From Candidatus Omnitrophota bacterium (GTDB lineage: Bacteria; Omnitrophota; Omnitrophia; Omnitrophales; Aquincolibacteriaceae): DNA of 64,000 nucleotides. The translations under genes and the position numbers were made by a program. Under the pieces are notes generated by a model. That model made no database searches, had not been told where the DNA came from, and was given only the letters and a program-made list of their open reading frames with translations. Location: positions 109,231-173,230 of the forward strand of contig DAOPYQ010000005.1 in assembly GCA_035352955.1 (NCBI GenBank), written 5' to 3'. Positions within the stretch are counted from its first letter, which is position 1. Every line of letters starts with the position of its first letter. Below, piece by piece: positions 33,606 to 41,816 of the stretch.

Positions 33606-35105
33606 CTATTTCTTTTGCTCTTTGAAGTAATTTATAACATTCTCTGCCGCCTTTACATCCATCCCTGCCAGACTTGAAATGTCATCGACCGAAGCATTTT
33701 TCAGGGCCTCAATGGACTCAAAATGCCGCAAGAGCATTCGCTTGCGTTGCGCCCCGATCCCGGGGATCCCGTCCAGGACCGAACGCTCCAACCCGCGGAT
33801 TTTCAGAGTGCGGTGGTACGTGATCGCAAAACGGTGCGCTTCATCCCTCACTTTCTGAAGAAGATACATGGCCGGGGAATCAACCGGCAGAAGGATTTCA
33901 TGTCCGAATTTCGGAGAATAGACCTTTTCAAAGCGCTTCGCGATGGAGATCAACTCGATATTTTCCATCGCTTCTTTCCGGAGGACCTTGAGAGCGGTAT
34001 TCAAATGCCCCTTTCCGCCGTCGATCATGATCAGGTCCGGAACAAACGTTTCGCGGCCATCCTTAATGCCGCGAAGCATCCGGGTCAGAGCTTCTGCAAG
34101 CATGGCGTAATCATTGATCGCGGAAACACCCCGGATCTTGTAGCGCCGGTAACCGAGCTTATCCGAAAGTTCCCGGTAAAAAAACACCCGGGACGCCACC
34201 GCTTCATCCCCCTGAATATTCGAAACATCGAAACAGGCGATCCTCGCCGGCAACCGGTCCATCCTGAGGATCTGTTTAAGCTCCAGCGTCGCCGAAAGTC
34301 CGACGCCAAGTTCGGGACGCCTCGGCAGGAACCGCTTTCTGCGAAGTTGCCCGAGCGCCTCGATCTGTTCCTTGAAGAACTGCGCATCCTCAAAGCGAAG
34401 CTCCCGGCTCGCCTGCCGCATCCGGTCGGTGAGATATTCCATAAAGCTTTTTTTGCCTCCGCCGAGAAACCTCCGGACCTCCCCGATCAGGCGGTCGTAG
34501 ACCCCCTTCACGTCCGGTTTGATACACGGCGCAAGACACTGGCCGATGTGATAATAAAGACAGGCCGTTTTAGGCAACGCCTGACATTTGCGGACCGGAA
34601 AAAGGCTATTGATCAGGTTCACGGCCTGCCGCAGCAACCGGGAATCCGTATACGGACCATAGTAATACGCGGCGGGGCCGGACCGCTGACGCGTGATCGA
34701 AAGCCTGGGGAATTTCTCGCGGGTGATCTTGAGGAGCGGAAAACTTTTGTCGTCCTTGAGCTCCTGGTTGTATTTGGGCCGGTATTTCCGGATCAGGTGG
34801 GCTTCAAGGAGCAGCGCGTCGACTTCAGTCGGGGTATCGATGTGATCGATCCCGCAAACTTGTTCCATCAGGACGGCGACCTTCGGAAGCCGCCCCCGGT
34901 TGACGAGGTAGGAACCGACCCTTTTCCTGAGGGCCTTCGCCTTCCCGATATAAAGGATCGTGCCGGCCGCGTCCTTCATCAGGTAGACGCCGGAGGTTAG
35001 CGGCAACTTCTCAACTATCCGCCGCAAGACTTCCTTTTGAGAACCGGATGACGGAGGGCGGATGACGGAAGATGTTGGAGTTTTTCGCTTTACGCCATCC
35101 TCCAT
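33606..35105 (-). CDS. uvrC: excinuclease ABC subunit C
   Basis: GIY-YIG motif GVYLMKDAAGTILYIGKAKALRKRVGSYL, UvrC-type central region, and C-terminal HhH GIPGIGAQRKRMLLRHF. The N-terminal 25 aa (MEDGVKRKTPTSSVIRPPSSGS) is encoded by a GGATG-type repeat array. The ATG is preceded by GGAGGatgaagg. Confidence 0.8.
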   Translation of the reverse strand: MEDGVKRKTPTSSVIRPPSSGSQKEVLRRIVEKLPLTSGVYLMKDAAGTILYIGKAKALRKRVGSYLVNRGRLPKVAVLMEQVCGIDHIDTPTEVDALLLEAHLIRKYRPKYNQELKDDKSFPLLKITREKFPRLSITRQRSGPAAYYYGPYTDSRLLRQAVNLINSLFPVRKCQALPKTACLYYHIGQCLAPCIKPDVKGVYDRLIGEVRRFLGGGKKSFMEYLTDRMRQASRELRFEDAQFFKEQIEALGQLRRKRFLPRRPELGVGLSATLELKQILRMDRLPARIACFDVSNIQGDEAVASRVFFYRELSDKLGYRRYKIRGVSAINDYAMLAEALTRMLRGIKDGRETFVPDLIMIDGGKGHLNTALKVLRKEAMENIELISIAKRFEKVYSPKFGHEILLPVDSPAMYLLQKVRDEAHRFAITYHRTLKIRGLERSVLDGIPGIGAQRKRMLLRHFESIEALKNASVDDISSLAGMDVKAAENVINYFKEQKK

Positions 35106-35126
35106 CCTTCATCCTCCATCCGGTTT

Positions 35127-36968
35127 TTATGCGCCATCCACAAGCTTTTCGGTGTTCACCAGATCGGCCGCGGGCTTGCGGCGCTTGTGGAACCAATCGA
35201 ACGCTTCCTTGACCTCGGGAACCCGGCAAACGAAACACAAACCAAGATACGCAACCGTCGCAACCAAAATGCTTCCGAACACCTGGATCAGCTGAACCTT
35301 CGTGCCGGCCCCGGGAAACCAGTGTTTAAAGAGCTCCCAACTGGCGTAGCAAACGACGCCCATCGCCACCGAAGCGAGAAGGATCCGCAGAAAAGAGAAC
35401 GCCACTTCACGGAACGGAAACTCCCCGACTTTTTTCGGATAATAATAAACGAGCTGTGCGAACTGAAAGATCCCCGAGATCGAGGTCGCGATCGCAAGCC
35501 CCGCCTCCTTGAACGGCACCATCAAGATCAGGTTCAGGATGATGTTGGAGAAAAGCGAGATAATGGAGGTCCGCATCGGGGTCTTCGAATCATGCGCCGC
35601 GTAAAAACCGCTGTTCATGATCTTTTGCCCCGCGAACGCGAAAAGGCCGATCGTGTAACCCAACAGAACGGCCGCACTCCGTGCCGTGGAAGCCGCGTCA
35701 AATTCCCCCCGTTCGAACAACGCGCGGATGATCGGCTCGCGAAGCACGATCAGACCGACCGAGGACGGAAGGATGATAAAAAAGATGCTCCGGAGCGCAA
35801 ACGACAGCGTTTTTCGGGACGCCTCCTTCTCCCCTCTCGCGATCTGCTGGCTCATCATCGGAAGGAGCGCCGTCCCCATGGCGAGCGCGAAGATCCCGAG
35901 CGGGAATTGCATCAGCCGGTTTCCATACCAAAGACTTGAGTTCGCGCCAGGCCCAATCATCATGCCGAGCGTCATGTCGACCGTGATATTGATCTGCACG
36001 ACCGCAAAGCTCAGCGTGACCGGCAACAACAGGCGCCAAACCTTTTTGAGCGATTCGCACCCGATGTCCCAGATCCACCGGAAACGGAAACCGATCCTTA
36101 GCAGCGGCGGAACCTCGACGGCCACGTGCAGGAACCCGGCAAAAAGGATTAAATACGAAAGCCAGCGGATCTTTTCAACATAACCGCCGGCCGCCCACGC
36201 AGGCACCCAGAGCACGCCGGCGATCCAGACCAGGTCAAGGATCGGACCCCCGAGCGACGGCGCAAAAAAGTGACGGTGGCTGTTCAGGACACCCATCCCG
36301 ATCGCGTAAAGGGAAATGAACCAGAGGTACGGAAAAAGGATCCTGGAAAGATCAAGCGTCAAAAGGTAGGTCTGCGAATGCCCCCCGATCCCGAGAAGAA
36401 TCCCCAAAAGTCCTTCCACCGCAAGAACGAACGCAAAAAGCGCGCAGGCCAGGAACGTCAGGGTAACATTGGTAAAACGAAACGCCTCTTCTTTGCTCAC
36501 CTTCGCCGAGAGTTCGTTATAGACCGGAATGAAGGCGCTGGTGAGTCCGCCCTCCCCGACGATCCTCCGGAAAAGGTTCGGGAGCATGAATGCGTAGAGG
36601 AAAGCGTCCCATTGCCAGCTCGTCCCGAAGGTTTTGGCGCTCACGATGTCCCGGAAAAGGCCGAGGATCCGGCCGACCAGGGTCATAATCCCCACGACCG
36701 CCGCCGCCTTCACCAGGTGCCGCTTCCCCGAGGCGTGAGCGTGGGGAACCTCGTTGACACGAGAAGCACCCCGTGTTACATTACCGCCACTTTTGTCACC
36801 CATAGGAGTCATTGACATGCCGAATATTCCTTCTGCTGCAAAACGTATACGAAGCGACGCGAAGAAACGCGCCAAGAACCAGGCTGTGATCTCCGAGCTC
36901 AAGTCGATGGGCAAGAAATTGACCCAGTTGGCCGCCGAGCCGGAAAAAGCCAAGGCCTTTGCCGCCAC
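35127..36968 (-). CDS. murJ: lipid II flippase MurJ (MviN). The start is uncertain; the true start is probably a GTG near 36713.
   Basis: VGIMTLVGRILGLFRDIVSAKTFGTSWQWDAFLYAFMLPNLFRRIVGEGGLTSAFIPVYN matches the MurJ N-terminal consensus, and the protein is multi-TM throughout. The annotated ORF start would overlap the divergent rpsT start at 36817. Confidence 0.75.
   Translation of the reverse strand: MAAKALAFSGSAANWVNFLPIDLSSEITAWFLARFFASLRIRFAAEGIFGMSMTPMGDKSGGNVTRGASRVNEVPHAHASGKRHLVKAAAVVGIMTLVGRILGLFRDIVSAKTFGTSWQWDAFLYAFMLPNLFRRIVGEGGLTSAFIPVYNELSAKVSKEEAFRFTNVTLTFLACALFAFVLAVEGLLGILLGIGGHSQTYLLTLDLSRILFPYLWFISLYAIGMGVLNSHRHFFAPSLGGPILDLVWIAGVLWVPAWAAGGYVEKIRWLSYLILFAGFLHVAVEVPPLLRIGFRFRWIWDIGCESLKKVWRLLLPVTLSFAVVQINITVDMTLGMMIGPGANSSLWYGNRLMQFPLGIFALAMGTALLPMMSQQIARGEKEASRKTLSFALRSIFFIILPSSVGLIVLREPIIRALFERGEFDAASTARSAAVLLGYTIGLFAFAGQKIMNSGFYAAHDSKTPMRTSIISLFSNIILNLILMVPFKEAGLAIATSISGIFQFAQLVYYYPKKVGEFPFREVAFSFLRILLASVAMGVVCYASWELFKHWFPGAGTKVQLIQVFGSILVATVAYLGLCFVCRVPEVKEAFDWFHKRRKPAADLVNTEKLVDGA
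36757..36790 (+). promoter_or_regulatory. putative sigma-70-type promoter of rpsT
   Basis: TTGACA, then 16-17 nt (cgagaagcaccccgtgt), then TACATT, about 25 nt upstream of GGAG-N8-ATG of rpsT. Confidence 0.4.
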
Positions 36969-37077
36969 TCTCGTCTCCCGCTACGACCGGGCTGTTTCTT
37001 CCGGCGTGATCCCCCGCGGCCGTGCCGACCGCAAGAAATCCCGGATCGCGACGTTCCTCGCAAAAATCAAAAAGTAA
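36817..37077 (+). CDS. rpsT: 30S ribosomal protein S20
   Basis: MPNIPSAAKRIRSDAKKRAKNQAVISELKS... is the classic S20 N-terminus. SD GGAG 8 nt upstream. The ORF-track start at 36754 is an upstream in-frame extension. Confidence 0.85.
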   Translation: MPNIPSAAKRIRSDAKKRAKNQAVISELKSMGKKLTQLAAEPEKAKAFAATLVSRYDRAVSSGVIPRGRADRKKSRIATFLAKIKK

Positions 37078-37096
37078 TTCTTTTTCGCACAACGTT

Positions 37097-37145
37097 CAAC
37101 GCGCAACGCACAACAGGATCTCCGGATTCGTGGCGTTGCGCGTTG
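37097..37145 (+). terminator. putative stem-loop downstream of rpsT (13-bp stem, 23-nt loop; no U-tract)
   Basis: caacgcgcaacgc ... gcgttgcgcgttg is a perfect 13-bp inverted repeat starting 20 nt after the rpsT stop. With no T-run, intrinsic-terminator function is uncertain. Confidence 0.3.
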
Positions 37146-37168
37146 TACTTTGCGCACCCACCCCTTCC

Positions 37169-38149
37169 TCAAGCGCTATAACGCAAAAGCCACGCCTCGA
37201 CGGCCGCCATTCCTTCCACTTGTCCGGTCTTCGCCTTTTTGTCGATCTGATAAAGCGCCTCGATCGCCGATTCTAGCACCTTCACCGGGAACTTCCTAAG
37301 CGCCGCCATCCTCGACGGAGGCATTTTGCAGCGGGAACAAACGTCTCTCTCCGAAGCGCCTCTTTCCAAGAGGAACGCGGCCTGCCACAACTGCCGCAGC
37401 TGCCAGTGCAGGATCCCCACCAGCGAGATCAAGTCAGCCTCGTAAAAATCCATCAGATCCCGGAAAACCTTGAGGATCCTGGCCCGGTCGCGCGCCAGGA
37501 ACGCGTTCGTCAGCTTGAACACGTCCATCTCGGTCCAATTCTCTTCGAACCGGGCCACCATCGCTTCATCGATCACGGACTTTTCATCGGCAAACTGGGC
37601 CAGACGATCCAGCATGCTGTCCAGAAAAACAACGGCGTCTCCGCACATCTCGAGCAGCCGCGCCTTGGCGCCCGGCGTGATCGTTTTTTTTGCTCCGGCA
37701 AGTTTTTGCTGGATAAACGCCGCGCCGGCGGTCCGCGTTTCTTCCTTCGCGAGCGCGAGTACCTGCCCGTAAGATTTTACGAGCTTTGCCAACCCGGTTA
37801 CGGCCTTTGCTTCCTCCGTCTCGAAAACAAGGACCGTTTGAGGCGAAGGCTTTTGAAGGTAGGCCTCCAAAACCGCAAGGTCCTGCTCTTTCAGAAGATC
37901 CGCGCCCTGGACATACAGGATCTGGCCCTCGGAAAGGAACGGCAGCGTTCTCGCGGTCGCGAGAACGGTTTCAAGGGGCGTTTCCTCAAGACGGAAGCTC
38001 TGGCGGGCAAACGACCCGCCGGCCTTTTTCTCGGTTTCGGCAGCGATCGCCTTGCTTTTTTGAGCGCGGAGAAAAGAGTCGCCGATCAGAAGATGGAGAT
38101 TACTTTTCACGGCAACCGGAACGCTGGAACGATCACCAGTCTTCGACAA
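37169..38149 (-). CDS. holA: DNA polymerase III delta subunit
   Basis: N-terminal NLHLLIGDSFL (the LYLLYGEE-type motif) and overall HolA-like helical architecture. It follows an LptE-like lipoprotein gene, the conserved rlpB-holA arrangement. Confidence 0.65.
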   Translation of the reverse strand: MSKTGDRSSVPVAVKSNLHLLIGDSFLRAQKSKAIAAETEKKAGGSFARQSFRLEETPLETVLATARTLPFLSEGQILYVQGADLLKEQDLAVLEAYLQKPSPQTVLVFETEEAKAVTGLAKLVKSYGQVLALAKEETRTAGAAFIQQKLAGAKKTITPGAKARLLEMCGDAVVFLDSMLDRLAQFADEKSVIDEAMVARFEENWTEMDVFKLTNAFLARDRARILKVFRDLMDFYEADLISLVGILHWQLRQLWQAAFLLERGASERDVCSRCKMPPSRMAALRKFPVKVLESAIEALYQIDKKAKTGQVEGMAAVEAWLLRYSA

Positions 38150-38657
38150 TGCGGTTCACGATATTGTCGGCCAGCTTCGCCGCGGCGTCGAGCGACGCCT
38201 TCTGTTCCCCGAGCGAAGTGACATCGGTCACGTAGTATTCGTTATCCCCGGTGAAATTCGGCTCTTCCCAGATCACATCACCGGTCTTGTTGTCGACAAG
38301 CTTCAGGTGCACCACGATGAAAAGGCGGTATTCCTGTACGGACTCGAGCTGGGTAAAACGCAAACCTTCCTGCTCGTACGCCAAAAGATCGGTCTTGAGG
38401 ACCGCATCGGCCTTTTCCTTTTCCACGACTTTGAGGTTCCCGTCCTGGTGAAGTCTCTGGATCACGGCGTTCGTGATATCCATTTCGATCCCCTGCTGGT
38501 AGGCGTAAACCTCTTCCACGGGAATCTTGTTCTTGACGGTCTCGACAAAGATCGTCTTGATGTTCCTGGGAAGAACGGTCTTGCGGGTATAACCGCACCC
38601 ACCCGTTCCGATCACCACCACCAACGCTAGGATCCCCGCAACGCCAATTTTTTTCAT
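38133..38657 (-). CDS. lptE: LPS-assembly lipoprotein LptE-like. The start is taken at MKKIGVAG; the ORF extends to 38675.
   Basis: Signal peptide plus lipobox GTGGC|GY. The ~160-aa mature domain has the size and position (directly upstream of holA) expected of LptE/RlpB. Sequence similarity is weak, so the call rests mostly on context. Confidence 0.45.
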   Translation of the reverse strand: MKKIGVAGILALVVVIGTGGCGYTRKTVLPRNIKTIFVETVKNKIPVEEVYAYQQGIEMDITNAVIQRLHQDGNLKVVEKEKADAVLKTDLLAYEQEGLRFTQLESVQEYRLFIVVHLKLVDNKTGDVIWEEPNFTGDNEYYVTDVTSLGEQKASLDAAAKLADNIVNRIVEDW

Positions 38658-38677
38658 CTGTGCCGCTCCGATCATCT

Positions 38678-41600
38678 TTAAACCTTGCTGAAACGTTCTT
38701 TTTCTTTGGAAAGAAAGTTGTCGCGCGTCTCGAGGTCCTTGAGACGTTGTCTCATCCGTTCCTTTTCCGTCACGAGGTCCTGATACATGGCCTTCGACTT
38801 GATCGTCGGAAGGACCCGGTCGGTTTCGTGGATGCGTTTTTCGAGGATCATCTTTTCCTGGATTTCGATCGCAAGCTCCTCATCGATGACCTTCACAAGT
38901 CCGGACTTCACTTCTGCAAGTTCGCGGTATTTCTTGGTGCCTTCTACGTCCGTAGGCGACACTTCCTTCGGGATATCCCCAAGGGCGATGCCCTGCTCCT
39001 GGACATAGATGCTATAGGAGATCTCAAGCTCTTCCTGGATCCGGACGACCTCTTCGCGAAGCGCCTTTTCATCGGGAACCACCTCAGCCTTGTTCTTTTT
39101 CTTGGGGCTCGCACTCAGGAGATCTTTCGAGGACGTTTCCGCGGTTGTCTCCTGCGGTGTGGCCTCGGACGGAGTCGCCGCCGGCGGGGTCGGCTTTGGG
39201 GTCTTTTCCTGGATCATAACCTCAACGGCCGTCTGCTGTTTCTTCAGCCCATCAAGCTCGCGCGTCTGCTGGTCCAAACGGTTAAGAAGGACTTCCTTGC
39301 GATCTTTCTTCGGGATCACCCGGCGCGCGCTCTGGACGGCTTCCTCAATAAAAGCGTACGGAACCTTTACAAAAGAACTCCGGAACTTCATCCCGCCTGC
39401 CAGGGACGCCTTCGCGTTAAGGATTTCGAGTTCTTTTTCGAATTTTGCGATCTCCTGCTCCTGGGCCTGAATCATCAGGCTTTCCAGTTCGATCTCTTCT
39501 TTCAGCTGTTTGGCTTTCGCGACCGATCCGGCTTCCGCCGCGGTTTTTCCGGCAGACTTGGTCAGCTCAACATCCTCGTTGGGAAGCCCGAAAAGGAACG
39601 ATTTGGCAAGATAAAGGGTCCCCGTAACGGGTTTCGCCACGGTCGTGAGGACTGGATTTTTCCCTTCCGTAGGATGGAGGGTCGCGTCAAGCTCCGCGAG
39701 AAGTTTCTGGACATGTTTGCGACGGTCCTCAATATCCTGATAGCGCCGGCGCATATCTTTCTCGGTCTTTTTGATTTCCTTGCGAAGTTTCCGGCCGTCG
39801 ACCTGTTTTTCCTGATCCAGGGAACGCATCATTTCCTGCTGCTCCCTCCGCGCCAACTCCTTGTCAAAAGCGGTCGAAAGAGTGTCGACAATGTTCTGCT
39901 GGGTCGCGATCTTCTCGTTGAGATGCATCTTGAGCTGGAGAAGTTCTTCGAGTTTTTTGTTCTGCAAGTCCCCGGCTCCCGGCCCCGACAGAGCCTCCGG
40001 CGCGGCGACGGGCGAGCGGCTATCCAGGAGGGCTTCTAGCTCCTGCTCCGCCAATTTTCCAAAATGTTTCTCGTAAAGTGCCATAGCGGTATCCAGTTTT
40101 CCCTGAAGTCCCTCGATCTCCTTCAACCTGGCAATGAGCTTCGGATCCGTGGGTTTGGCAAGTCCTTCCGCCACTTTCCCGCGAAGACGTTTACGTGCCA
40201 CCCCGGTCTCGGAAACCTGGGGCGTAAGCTCCCCTGCCAGCTCACTATAACGTTTGTAGAGCTTTTCCTTTTTCTGGAAAATCTCCTTCTTTTTGCGCGA
40301 AAGTTTGTAGAGACCTTTTTCGTCCATCTTCCGGATCTTTTCGAGCGGCGTTTCGGGGAGGATCGAGAACGGAATCAGGCCTTCATAAAATTTCTGATCG
40401 GGAACGCCGAGTTCGGAACGCCAGGTGGCCAAACGGTCCTTTTCTTCGGCCAACGCGTCACGCTCCGCTTCGAGCGAAGCCTGCCAACGCGCAATCGCCT
40501 TCTGAAAATCCGGCGAGGTGTTGTTTTTGTAGCGTTTCTTTTTTCGTTCGAGGTCCTTGAACCGTTCATTAAGCTCATTCTCACGACGGCGGAGGTCCTG
40601 TTTGCGCCGGTCAAGGCTCTCGGCCTTGTTCTTGTCGATTGACTTCATCCGCTTTTTGAGCGCATCGATCTCTTTCTTGAGCTGCGCGCGTTCGGCCTTT
40701 TTTTCCTTCCCCAGCGCATGGTATTTCTCCTCAAGCGCGTTGATCTCTTTCTGAAGCTCCTCCGACTTGGCATTCAGGTATTTGACGGGCTCCTCAAGGG
40801 CCCGGAGCTTTTCGGCCGCCTTCTGCCCCCACCCTGTCTGCGGGTAGCGTCGTGCGGTATCGCGGTAGTAGATCAGCGAACTCTCGAGATAATTCTCTTT
40901 TTCATAATAAAGACCGATGCGGTAATTCTTCTCGGCATTGATCTCGTCGACCTGCTGACGGATCTTTGCGGCCTTTTCGGCATCGGCCGACTGCGGATAA
41001 CGCTGCAAGTATCCCTGCGCCTGGCGGGACGCCTCATCAAGCGCCGTTTGATCGCGGTCTTTGCCGGCGGTCTTCGCGTAAGCGGTTTGGGCGATCTGCA
41101 AACGGGCTTCCTGAACCAACGGACTCTGCGGGTACTGGTCGATCAAACCCTGAAAAGCCTCCACCGCTTCGTCATACTTATTGGACTTCTGATAGGCCAA
41201 ACCCAAGCTGAACTGAGCCTTATCGCCGAACGCGCCGTAGGGTGCGGATTCCACGACCTGTTTGAACACTTCGATCGCGAGAGGCAGCGAAGGGCGGATC
41301 TCCAACCCCAGGACCTTCCCTTTTTTCTTGCCGGAAAGGAACGTCTCGCCGATCAGAAATTCACGCTCGACCACCTCTTCGAAACGTTCGCTCTGCGGAT
41401 AGGATTTGACAAGCGACTGGTAAGTCTTGTGCGCTTTCACGAGGTCGCCCTGCTCTTCAAAAATAGTGCCCAGGCGGTATTCGGATTCGGCGGCGACACG
41501 GGACTTGGGGTATTTTTTGAGGATGATTTCGAACTGCTCGACGGCTTTATCGAGCTTCTTTTCTTTGTAAAAATCGAGGGCGCCGTCGAAAATTTCGTCG

Positions 41601-41731
41601 GCATCAGCCTGGGTGTTCTCTTCCGTATTGATGAACTTGCCCTGTTCGGGCGACCAGACCCAATCCGCCGAAACAAAGGAATGCGGCAGAAGTAATATCG
41701 AAATGAAGGCAAAAACCTTCCAAATTCTCAT
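38678..41731 (-). CDS. BamD/YfiO-like TPR lipoprotein fused to a ~700-aa coiled-coil extension (1017 aa)
   Basis: Signal peptide. The first ~300 aa contain TPR-like repeats (NYRIGLYYEKENYLESSLIYYRDTARRYPQT and similar) as in BamD. The remainder is highly charged heptad-like sequence (EELQKEINALEEKYHALGKEKKAERAQLKKEIDALKKRMK...). Confidence 0.5.
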   Translation of the reverse strand: MRIWKVFAFISILLLPHSFVSADWVWSPEQGKFINTEENTQADADEIFDGALDFYKEKKLDKAVEQFEIILKKYPKSRVAAESEYRLGTIFEEQGDLVKAHKTYQSLVKSYPQSERFEEVVEREFLIGETFLSGKKKGKVLGLEIRPSLPLAIEVFKQVVESAPYGAFGDKAQFSLGLAYQKSNKYDEAVEAFQGLIDQYPQSPLVQEARLQIAQTAYAKTAGKDRDQTALDEASRQAQGYLQRYPQSADAEKAAKIRQQVDEINAEKNYRIGLYYEKENYLESSLIYYRDTARRYPQTGWGQKAAEKLRALEEPVKYLNAKSEELQKEINALEEKYHALGKEKKAERAQLKKEIDALKKRMKSIDKNKAESLDRRKQDLRRRENELNERFKDLERKKKRYKNNTSPDFQKAIARWQASLEAERDALAEEKDRLATWRSELGVPDQKFYEGLIPFSILPETPLEKIRKMDEKGLYKLSRKKKEIFQKKEKLYKRYSELAGELTPQVSETGVARKRLRGKVAEGLAKPTDPKLIARLKEIEGLQGKLDTAMALYEKHFGKLAEQELEALLDSRSPVAAPEALSGPGAGDLQNKKLEELLQLKMHLNEKIATQQNIVDTLSTAFDKELARREQQEMMRSLDQEKQVDGRKLRKEIKKTEKDMRRRYQDIEDRRKHVQKLLAELDATLHPTEGKNPVLTTVAKPVTGTLYLAKSFLFGLPNEDVELTKSAGKTAAEAGSVAKAKQLKEEIELESLMIQAQEQEIAKFEKELEILNAKASLAGGMKFRSSFVKVPYAFIEEAVQSARRVIPKKDRKEVLLNRLDQQTRELDGLKKQQTAVEVMIQEKTPKPTPPAATPSEATPQETTAETSSKDLLSASPKKKNKAEVVPDEKALREEVVRIQEELEISYSIYVQEQGIALGDIPKEVSPTDVEGTKKYRELAEVKSGLVKVIDEELAIEIQEKMILEKRIHETDRVLPTIKSKAMYQDLVTEKERMRQRLKDLETRDNFLSKEKERFSKV

Positions 41732-41816
41732 AAGTCGTTTACAATCTTCGGGTTACGGAAATTTGCGAGGTGCGTAATATATCACGCGCCAAGAAAAACT
41801 GTCAATAGAAATACCC

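Noticed and set aside
31867-35121. CRISPR-like array
   Set aside because: The repeated units are 7-nt tandem heptamers without unique spacers, lie inside coding sequence, and have no cas genes nearby. Not CRISPR.
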